A DNA stretch of 22,150 bases from Candidatus Iainarchaeum sp. GTDB taxonomy: Archaea > Iainarchaeota > Iainarchaeia > Iainarchaeales > DTGL01. Every line of letters begins with the position of its first letter. Position 1 is the stretch's first letter. Below are positions 8,956-15,961 of this stretch, piece after piece. A program made the position numbers and the translations under genes. The notes beneath the pieces are model-generated. The model ran no database searches, had not been told where the DNA came from, and saw nothing but the letters and a program-made list of their open reading frames with translations. The stretch lies in NCBI GenBank assembly GCA_038886995.1, contig JAWALG010000017.1, positions 1-22,150 on the forward strand. The letters run 5' to 3'.

Positions 8956-8957
8956 TA

Positions 8958-9029
8958 TGAAAACCTCAGCACTCAATTTTGACATCATTCAGCAAAGTCA
9001 GTGCTCAGCGGTCTCTTCATCGGTTTTCA
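8958..9029 (-). ncRNA. Box C/D guide sRNA
   Basis: Minus strand reads TGAAAACC-G-ATGAAGA(C)-GACCGCTGAGCA-CTGA(D')-CTTTGCTGA-ATGATGT(C')-CAAAATTGAGTG-CTGA(D)-GGTTTTCA. It has an 8-bp terminal stem, two 12-nt guides and a TATA box TTTAAAAA (9056-9049) upstream. Confidence 0.85.
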
Positions 9030-9089
9030 ATATAATATTGCAACAGCATTTTTAAATCTATAATGCGCAAAATTAGTAGTAAGCTGGAA

Positions 9090-9162
9090 GCCCCGGTGGT
9101 GTAGGGGTTAAGCACTCCAGCCTCTCAAGCTGGCAACCCGGGTTCAAATCCCGGCCGGGGCA
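9090..9162 (+). tRNA. tRNA-Glu(CTC)
   Basis: GCCCCGG/CCGGGGC+A; CCAGC-CTCTCAA-GCTGG; CCGGG-TTCAAAT-CCCGG. Confidence 0.95.
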
Positions 9163-9208
9163 TTCTAAGGTAATTGGGTGTGCAGGCAAAAATAAAAGAT
9201 TTTTTTCA

Positions 9209-9433
9209 ATGAAAAGACGCGAAAAGCAGAGGGCTTTGGAGATGGCCCTTTTTTCGGCAAAGGTCGACCTCAAAAGTATAAAGGGCAAACCTGAGAGGGA
9301 CATACACAGAGCTAGTAAAAAAGTCGAATCCTTGGCAAGGGAAATTTCATTCATTAAAATCCTTATCCAAGAAAACAGGAGAAAACACTCGCAATACCAG
9401 AAAAGCATTAAAGAAGCACGTGATTTACTATAA
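9209..9433 (+). CDS. Small basic helical protein, hypothetical
   Basis: 74-aa ORF filling the gap between tRNA-Glu and the aldolase gene; 8 nt from the next start. Confidence 0.6.
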   Translation: MKRREKQRALEMALFSAKVDLKSIKGKPERDIHRASKKVESLAREISFIKILIQENRRKHSQYQKSIKEARDLL

Positions 9434-9441
9434 ATACTTTT

Positions 9442-10152
9442 ATGCCTAGGAAAGAAGCAGAAAATTTTAGGGTTAGGCAGCCTGCTGCAAATGTGAGTGC
9501 AAACAAAAGCAAGCCAAAAAAAGAAGTGAAAGAAGGAGTAATTAAATTCAGTTATTCCCTTTTTCCGGCAAAAATTCCAATAGAAAGGATTTCAGGCCTT
9601 ATGATTTGCCGTGACAAACTCTACAAAGAAGGCCTTATTGGAATTTACAAAACTGGGCCTATGAAAGGTATTGGCTATGGAAATGCAAGCATAAGAGCTA
9701 CCTTTAAAGGCAAAAAGGGTTTTTTTATCACTGGATCGCAAACAGGGGGCATTGAAAAACTTCCTGCTGAAAAATATTGCTTCATTGAATCCTTTAGCAT
9801 TGCTGAAAACCATGTAAAGGCCTTTGGCAGCGTAGCGCCAAGCAGCGAGTCCATTACGCACGGTGCTATTTATTCTATAAACCAAAGCGTAGGCGCAGTC
9901 GTACATACCCATAGCAGAGAGATCTTTGAAAAAGCTGGAAAGCTCGGCCTCAAATTTACCAGCAAAAAGTCAAGTTACGGAAGCATGGATCTTGCGCTTG
10001 AATTAAAAAATGCGATTGAGAAAATGGGGTGCCCTGATTGCGGTGCTATTGTTACCCTTGGTCACGAAGATGGAGTATTTGTTTGGCATAAAACCATTGA
10101 AGAGGCCTCAAATCTCTGCCTAGAGTTATTGAAAAAAGCAAAAAGCATCTAA
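9442..10152 (+). CDS. Class II aldolase/adducin family protein
   Basis: GNASIR, FFITGSQTG, PSSESITHGAIY, VVHTHS and GHEDG (metal-binding His residues). Confidence 0.9.
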   Translation: MPRKEAENFRVRQPAANVSANKSKPKKEVKEGVIKFSYSLFPAKIPIERISGLMICRDKLYKEGLIGIYKTGPMKGIGYGNASIRATFKGKKGFFITGSQTGGIEKLPAEKYCFIESFSIAENHVKAFGSVAPSSESITHGAIYSINQSVGAVVHTHSREIFEKAGKLGLKFTSKKSSYGSMDLALELKNAIEKMGCPDCGAIVTLGHEDGVFVWHKTIEEASNLCLELLKKAKSI

Positions 10153-10154
10153 TG

Positions 10155-10643
10155 CTACTGCTTTGTTCTTTCCTTTATTTTTTCAAGGTAGTCTTTGTAT
10201 GAGTTTATGATTAACTCTCTATCTTGAGGAGTAAGAGGCCTTTTCTTCTCAGCTGGCACGCCAGCGTAAAGAAAACCGCCTTTTAGTGCAGAATTTGGTT
10301 TTACTAGTGAACCTGCCGCGATTATGATCCAAGAGCCAATCTTTGCGTTATTGAGTATTGTGCTGTTCATCCCTATAAGCACATTTGAGCCAACAGTTGC
10401 GTTGTGAATAACTGCAGAATGCCCAACAGTAACGTTTGAACCAATTTTTACTGTTCCGTGCAAAACACAATTGTCCTGTATGCTTGTGTTTTTGCCAATC
10501 CTTATTATGCCCTCATCAGCACGTAGGACAGCAAAAGGCCATATGCTTGAGTTTTTCCCAAGAAAAACTTCACCTTCGACAAATGCAAGTGGGTGAATAA
10601 AAGCAGTTCCAAATTTTTCAAGCTTAGAAAGGCGTATTTTCAC
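10155..10643 (-). CDS. Gamma carbonic anhydrase family (left-handed beta-helix, YrdA-like) protein
   Basis: Hexapeptide repeats, VLRAD, IQDNCVLH, TVGHSAVIH (three His ligands) and AGVPA. Probable GTG start at 10643. Confidence 0.9.
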   Translation of the reverse strand: MKIRLSKLEKFGTAFIHPLAFVEGEVFLGKNSSIWPFAVLRADEGIIRIGKNTSIQDNCVLHGTVKIGSNVTVGHSAVIHNATVGSNVLIGMNSTILNNAKIGSWIIIAAGSLVKPNSALKGGFLYAGVPAEKKRPLTPQDRELIINSYKDYLEKIKERTKQ

Positions 10644-10717
10644 GAAAAAATTTAAAAACACAATATTTATAAAGTAGTTAGTAGATATTAAATTAAACAT
10701 AACAAGGAGGTGTAGTA

Positions 10718-11110
10718 ATGGACCAAAGAATAGGTGGTTTTGCCTTTATAGCTGGTGTCTTGATTGCATTGTTTGGGGGTGTTATCAGTGGCTTAGGCAT
10801 TGCAGAACCTGGTTGGATCATAGCTGTGCTAGTAGTGCTTGGTATTATTGTTGGTCTAATGAATGTCAGTGACAAGGAAATAACTGCATTTCTAATTGCA
10901 GCAATTGCATTGCTTTCCATAAGCAATGTCGCAGCTGGAGACATACAGAAAAGCTTGGATATGATAGTGCCAAAATTGGGGGCTGTTATTATAAGCATAA
11001 CCAGCCACATAGCTGCATTTGTTGCACCTGCTGCATTAATAGTAGCACTTATCGAGGTCTACAAAGTTACAAGCACATCAGAAGGTCTTAAAACTGGAAA
11101 GGGGAAGTAA
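10718..11110 (+). CDS. Four-TM small membrane protein, hypothetical
   Basis: TTTATAAA (10666-10673), strong SD GGAGGTG (10706-10712), highly hydrophobic ORF and a downstream terminator. Confidence 0.88.
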   Translation: MDQRIGGFAFIAGVLIALFGGVISGLGIAEPGWIIAVLVVLGIIVGLMNVSDKEITAFLIAAIALLSISNVAAGDIQKSLDMIVPKLGAVIISITSHIAAFVAPAALIVALIEVYKVTSTSEGLKTGKGK

Positions 11111-11138
11111 AACTCCCCTTATTTTATTCTTTATTTTA
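11099..11138 (+). terminator. Hairpin plus T-rich tract, putative terminator
   Basis: AAGGGGAAGT-AAA-ACTCCCCTT followed by ATTTTATTCTTTATTTT. Confidence 0.55.
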
Positions 11139-11169
11139 TCGCGGCATCTAAAATTAGTTAGTGTGTTTT

Positions 11170-11901
11170 ATGCCCAAAAAAACAGTTAAAAAAGCAGGCA
11201 AAGAAAAGCTTTTCCTGATAATATTTGTAGTTTCCTCTGTTCTTTTCCTGGCTTTATTTGCAGCTCTTCTGCTTACATCGGCCACGTCAGGAAAAACACG
11301 GGTTAAAGAAGATTTAAATTATTACAAGCAGTATGGCTCACAGATTCATGCTGAAATCCAAAGAGTAATAATTGAATCCAAAGAAGCCGCGCTTCAGGAA
11401 GCAGACACAAATTTTGAGGATCCTGAAGAGGTTTTAACCTTCAATTTATATCTCTCTTTCATGGATGATATCCTTTGGATTGGTGAAGCTGAAAAAAAGA
11501 ACTATGAAAAGTTAGCTTTAAGCCAATCTGTTGAAGAGGCAAAAGAACTTTATAGGAGTGAGATTGCATATAGCATAGTAATGCATTATGTCTTAATAGT
11601 AAACCTAGTCGCTGAAGAACAGATACCTGAGATGCCTGATGAAAACATACGGGACAAAAGATATCGGCTTGCTGAATCCCTTATAAAAAACCCTGAAAAG
11701 TTTGAAATTAGCAAAGAACTATTTGAGACCTTTCGCTCAGAATTTGGACTAAAAACAGAAGAGGTCCAAGGCAAGGTTAATGAGGTATTTTCCTCATATG
11801 TTAAAGACCTTGCTGCAAGATTTAAGCGCTCATTGGCTGCTGAAAACCACGAAAAAGCATACATTGAAGCAGTAAAGATTATCAACATTGCAAATCCTTA
11901 A
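11170..11901 (+). CDS. Single-pass membrane-anchored protein, hypothetical
   Basis: Basic N-terminus, one hydrophobic helix and an acidic helical domain; ATG 11170. Confidence 0.8.
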   Translation: MPKKTVKKAGKEKLFLIIFVVSSVLFLALFAALLLTSATSGKTRVKEDLNYYKQYGSQIHAEIQRVIIESKEAALQEADTNFEDPEEVLTFNLYLSFMDDILWIGEAEKKNYEKLALSQSVEEAKELYRSEIAYSIVMHYVLIVNLVAEEQIPEMPDENIRDKRYRLAESLIKNPEKFEISKELFETFRSEFGLKTEEVQGKVNEVFSSYVKDLAARFKRSLAAENHEKAYIEAVKIINIANP

Positions 11902-11943
11902 AGGTAAAAATTTATAACACTTTCAAAACATAACTATTATGCC

Positions 11944-12015
11944 GCCTCGGTAGCATAGCGGCAATGCAGCTGACTTGTAATCAGCAGATCGTGGGTTCGA
12001 ATCCCACCCGAGGCT
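11944..12015 (+). tRNA. tRNA-Thr(TGT)
   Basis: GCCTCGG/CCGAGGC+T; GCTGA-CTTGTAA-TCAGC; GTGGG-TTCGAAT-CCCAC. Confidence 0.95.
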
Positions 12016-12029
12016 TGGAAGGTTTTTTT

Positions 12030-12590
12030 GTGGAGAGCCCTGTTGAAAAGATAAAGGAATCAGTTGCTAAGGCATTAGACACAGGAACGCATTTGAATAT
12101 TGCCAAAGCCACAGAAAAAATAGCAAAAAAGCTAGGCCTTAGCGAGCGCTGGGTCGAATATACTCATATTGAGTTCAGAAACAAGATGAATGAGATGGCA
12201 TACAAAAAAGTTCCCTACAATGAACGCCTGTTGTTCTTGCCACATTGCATGAGAAGCAGCACAAAATGCAAAGCACCGTATAGCGCTGAAGGCCTACAAT
12301 GCTTAAGCTGCAATGAATGCAAAATTGCTTTAATAAAGGCAAAGGCAGAAGAGCTTGGCTACAAAGGTGTTTTTGTTTGCCCTGGTGGCAGCATCGTGCT
12401 TGAGCTTGTGAACAAATACAAGCCAAAAGCAGTTCTTGGAGTTTGCTGTTATAAGGAGGCGATAATTGCATTTGACAGCTTAAGAGATTTCGGGGTAGCA
12501 CCGCAAGCAGTGCTTCTATCAAGGGCTGGTTGTGTAAATACTGAAGTCAATGTTGATGAAGTTATTGAGAAGCTGATGCTGAAGGAGTGA
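12030..12590 (+). CDS. DUF116-family Cys-rich protein
   Basis: RLLFLPHCMR..C..CLSCNECKI..GY..PGGS..GVCC..GCVNT pattern. GTG start at 12030 after GGAAGG. Confidence 0.85.
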   Translation: MESPVEKIKESVAKALDTGTHLNIAKATEKIAKKLGLSERWVEYTHIEFRNKMNEMAYKKVPYNERLLFLPHCMRSSTKCKAPYSAEGLQCLSCNECKIALIKAKAEELGYKGVFVCPGGSIVLELVNKYKPKAVLGVCCYKEAIIAFDSLRDFGVAPQAVLLSRAGCVNTEVNVDEVIEKLMLKE

Positions 12591-12599
12591 GGTGTTTAT

Positions 12600-13031
12600 A
12601 TGGATGCTGAAGGAGTACAACTAATAGCAAAACTTGAAGATTGGTCTTGCGTTAAGAAGCTCAAAATTGAAAAAAATATGCAAGCGTTTGAGATTGCTGA
12701 ATTTCTGATCTCGTTAAGCATGAGCGTAAACAAAAAAGCAGAGGACTTTCTGGCAAGAGAGATTGACTTCAACATTATAAAAAGCGCTGTTGATTCTTGC
12801 GTTTGTGAACCAGCCAAGCTTTTGGAAAACCCTGCTATTAAAAAAGCCATAAAGGATTCAATAAAGAATAAAGCAGCTCATGATAGCAATACATTGAAGG
12901 CGCTTGAGCTGCTTGCGGGCATTTTTGCAATAAGGTATTGCATGCAAAAATCAGGCCTGCAAATTGATTATTATGAAGCAGAGCTTCCTTCGCTTAAGCT
13001 TGCAAAGAAGCTAAACAAAAAGGTTAAATAG
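12600..13031 (+). CDS. DUF2666-like archaeal protein
   Basis: N-terminus QLIAKLEDWSCVKKLKIE...EIAEFLISLSMSVNKK resembles DUF2666 (recognised from memory). GAGGTG SD. Confidence 0.65.
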   Translation: MDAEGVQLIAKLEDWSCVKKLKIEKNMQAFEIAEFLISLSMSVNKKAEDFLAREIDFNIIKSAVDSCVCEPAKLLENPAIKKAIKDSIKNKAAHDSNTLKALELLAGIFAIRYCMQKSGLQIDYYEAELPSLKLAKKLNKKVK

Positions 13032-13056
13032 ATTGCTCGTGCAATAATTATTTTAT

Positions 13057-13170
13057 CCCGCCTTTGCATAGTAGCTAATGCGTCCGGCTGTAGGCTTGGT
13101 AGCAACAGTTTGCCTTGTTAAGGCAATGGCTGTTACCGGAAGATCCCCGGTGCAAATCCGGGAGGCGGGA
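13057..13170 (+). tRNA. tRNA-Tyr(GTA) with a 41-nt intron (13094-13134, position 37/38)
   Basis: CCCGCCT/AGGCGGG+A (C1-G72 Tyr identity); TCCGG-CTGTAG[intron]A-CCGGA; T arm CCCGG-TGCAAAT-CCGGG. Confidence 0.88.
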
Positions 13171-13233
13171 TTTAACTTATTTTATTACCTAATAATTTGC
13201 TTGCAAGTAAAACTGTAAGATTTAAATATTTTT

Positions 13234-14097
13234 ATGCGCATGTTTTTCAACATGCGCTTATGGGGTTGGGTTCTTATACTCTATGCTTTCTTGACTTTCT
13301 TGAGTTTGTTCCTTGCGCCATATCTTTTCTTTTTCATGGGATTTGTGCTACTAATTTTGCTTGGGATGTCAATAAGGATTGTTTATGAGTATCAGCGCGG
13401 TGTGCTTTTCACGCTTGGGAAATATTCTGGACTTTTGCATCCAGGCCTAAATGTAATATGGCCAGTAATACAATGGGCAACAGTAGTTGACCTGCGCGTG
13501 GAAGTTATTGATGTCCCGGAGCAAACGCCAATAACCAAAGACAATGTTTCAATAAGCGTTGATGCTGTTCTTTATTACAGAATTAGGAAGGAGCAAGCAG
13601 ATAAGGCAATACTAGAAGTTGAAAATTACAGGTACGCTGTAAGCCAACTTGCACAGACAACAATGCGCGATGTTATAGGTGAAATGACACTCGATGAAGT
13701 ATTAAGCAATCGAGACGATGTCTCAAAGAAGATCCAAACAATTGTTGACAAGGCAACAGACCCTTGGGGAATTGAGGTTATTTCTGTTGAATTGAAGCAT
13801 ATTGAACTTCCAGAATCAATGAAAACAATAATGGCAAAAGCTGCAGAAGCTGAAAGATTAAGAAGGGCTGCGATAATAAAGGCGAGTGGTGAAGCGGCTG
13901 CTTCTGAGATAATAGCAAAGGCAGCACAAACCCTGAATGAAGTCGAAGGCGGTCTTAATTTAAGAACACTGCAAGAGCTTGGAAGCATTTCTTCAGACCC
14001 TTCTAATGAGGTAATCTTTTTCTTGCCTCTTGATAGCTTAAGAGCAATTGAAGGCTATCCTGAACACAAAACAAAAGACAAGAAGGTGAGCCATTGA
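13234..14097 (+). CDS. SPFH/stomatin (band 7) family protein
   Basis: N-terminal hydrophobic segment, YQRGVLFTLG, PGL, VDLR, ITKDNV, AQTTMR, TDPWG, AEAER, LRTLQ. The true start may be 13252 given the TATA at 13221-13228. Confidence 0.95.
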   Translation: MRMFFNMRLWGWVLILYAFLTFLSLFLAPYLFFFMGFVLLILLGMSIRIVYEYQRGVLFTLGKYSGLLHPGLNVIWPVIQWATVVDLRVEVIDVPEQTPITKDNVSISVDAVLYYRIRKEQADKAILEVENYRYAVSQLAQTTMRDVIGEMTLDEVLSNRDDVSKKIQTIVDKATDPWGIEVISVELKHIELPESMKTIMAKAAEAERLRRAAIIKASGEAAASEIIAKAAQTLNEVEGGLNLRTLQELGSISSDPSNEVIFFLPLDSLRAIEGYPEHKTKDKKVSH

Positions 14098-14903
14098 TGA
14101 TTTTGCTTGAAGCACCACTTTGGGCATTCATTGTTGGAAGCCTTTTCATATTTGGTTTGCCAATCATTCTTATAATCGTCTTAGCTTCGTTAAAGATTGT
14201 TCACCAGTACGAAAAAGGGGTAAAATTTACATTAGGAAGGTATAGTGGCATAATGGATCCCGGCATTCATATAATTCTGCCAATTGTTCAGTCGTGGGAA
14301 AGGATAGATGTAAGGACTCGCGTCATAGATGTTCCACGGCAAGATACTATGACTAAAGACAATGTTTCAGCAGTAATAAATGCTGTTGTTTATTACAAAG
14401 TTAGCAACCCTGAGCTTGCTGTTCTCGAGATTAAGGATTACCACTATGCTGTGAGTCAGCTAGCGCAGACAACAATGCGCGAGGTCATCGGCGAAGTAAG
14501 CCTCGATGAGCTTCTCGCCCAGAGGGAAAAAATTGCGAAAAGGATTAGGGAAATATTAGATAGGGTTACAGACCCTTGGGGAATAAAAGTTGAATCTGTT
14601 GACTTGAAAGAAATAATTCTGCCTGAAAGTTTGGTAAGGGTTATTTCTAAAGAGGCAGAAGCCGAGAGAGAAAAAAGAGCAATATTGCTTAGGGCACAAG
14701 GTGAGCTTGAAGCAGCCCAAAATCTCAGGAAAGCGGCTTTGGAGTTAGCCGGTGTAAAAGGGGGTATGCACCTAAGAACATTACAAGTAATACATTCTCT
14801 AAGCACTGAGAAAAGCAAAACAGTGGTTTACACTGTGCCTTCTGAGCTTTTAAGACAGATAAATGTAAAGTTTGTGGACATAGCAAAGAAGCTTCTTGAG
14901 TAA
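14094..14903 (+). CDS. SPFH/stomatin (band 7) family protein, paralog 2
   Basis: YEKGVKFTLG, TKDNV, AQTTMR, TDPWG, EAEAERE, LRTLQ. Translationally coupled to paralog 1 (start 14094 or 14097, GGTGA SD). Confidence 0.95.
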   Translation: MMILLEAPLWAFIVGSLFIFGLPIILIIVLASLKIVHQYEKGVKFTLGRYSGIMDPGIHIILPIVQSWERIDVRTRVIDVPRQDTMTKDNVSAVINAVVYYKVSNPELAVLEIKDYHYAVSQLAQTTMREVIGEVSLDELLAQREKIAKRIREILDRVTDPWGIKVESVDLKEIILPESLVRVISKEAEAEREKRAILLRAQGELEAAQNLRKAALELAGVKGGMHLRTLQVIHSLSTEKSKTVVYTVPSELLRQINVKFVDIAKKLLE

Positions 14904-14943
14904 TGGCATTTATCCTAGCTTTGATTCTTTTTTTGGTTTTTTT

Positions 14944-15849
14944 CTATATAAGTATTACAATGCCGTATAGAAACACAGATAAAGCTGGTATGCAATACAA
15001 AGCAATGTGGTATATTCTATTGTACATTACTTCATCTTTGCGTTTTGCATGGCGCATCATCATCACTGTGCTAAATAAGCTTAGCAGCAAGATGGAATAA
15101 GTTGATATCATAAACTTGTCAGCGAATGTAAGGTAGCCAACTGGTGGTATGCTTGAAGTAACATTAAGGTGGAACATAACTGAAGCAATTAGTGAAGAAG
15201 TATTTATCCCAATCCTTGTCCAAAGTTTGTCTTGCTCCTGGATGAGCAACGCTAGTAACCCTGCAATGACAATGAATATTACCGGCAAGAACGTTTTTAT
15301 TATTGCAGCAAGAAGTATCCTCCTTATATGAATCTTGAATATAAACCTTGAATAGTGCTCACCGTATGGTTCATAGAAGTGGTCTGTTACCTCTTGCTCA
15401 TAGCCGAGAAGGTCCCAGCCAACTATCACTACAGAAGAATCAATTCCTGCGGATTTTTCATCTGGAACATAAATTAGTTTTTCAGAAGTGTTCCTTTTAT
15501 CCTCAATTTGTATCGTTAAAAAATGTTCATCGAAAGGATACTTCTTAAGATCTATGTTCTCAGCAAGTGATGCCTGAATGCGGTAAAACTTTTCATTGGG
15601 CTCATCAATAATCCTATCAATAGAGGTTGCACGACCATTCATAAACTCAAAATTGCTTGGATCGCAAGCTTTGTCACACTTCATTGAGAGGTAAAAATCA
15701 ACCGTGTATGATCCAGTGCTAACTTCAAATTTGCCGATATTGAGAACGTAAATACCAACTTCTACTTTTTGTGGCTCTGAGGCCACGCTACTAAACTGCA
15801 TAACGAATAACAGCAGCAACAATGCTGATGAAAAAATTTTCGCCTTCAC
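14944..15849 (-). CDS. Pentameric ligand-gated ion channel subunit (GLIC/ELIC-like)
   Basis: Signal peptide, VEVGIYV..YTVDFYL, Pro-loop DLKKYPFDEH, pre-M1 RR, M1 FLP, M2 RIGINTSSLIASVMF, M2-M3 PPVGYLTFAD, and M4. GTG start with GGTGA SD. Confidence 0.9.
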   Translation of the reverse strand: MKAKIFSSALLLLLFVMQFSSVASEPQKVEVGIYVLNIGKFEVSTGSYTVDFYLSMKCDKACDPSNFEFMNGRATSIDRIIDEPNEKFYRIQASLAENIDLKKYPFDEHFLTIQIEDKRNTSEKLIYVPDEKSAGIDSSVVIVGWDLLGYEQEVTDHFYEPYGEHYSRFIFKIHIRRILLAAIIKTFLPVIFIVIAGLLALLIQEQDKLWTRIGINTSSLIASVMFHLNVTSSIPPVGYLTFADKFMISTYSILLLSLFSTVMMMRHAKRKDEVMYNRIYHIALYCIPALSVFLYGIVILI

Positions 15850-15961
15850 AACATCACCAAAATACTTTTAGCATGGGAACAAATAAAAAATTTATTAACC
15901 TGCTCTTTGCTTGCTGTATTACTCAGGAACAATTTTAACACTGACTGAACAGATATCTTTT

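Noticed and set aside
8867-9055. 62-aa plus-strand ORF, and the 9073..9408 minus-strand ORF
   Set aside because: They overlap the C/D sRNA and tRNA-Glu respectively and have no protein features.
14903-15100. 65-aa hydrophobic ORF coupled (TAATG) to stomatin 2, a possible NfeD-like partner
   Set aside because: Mostly antisense to the channel M3-M4 region, with no OB-fold features; most likely a shadow ORF.
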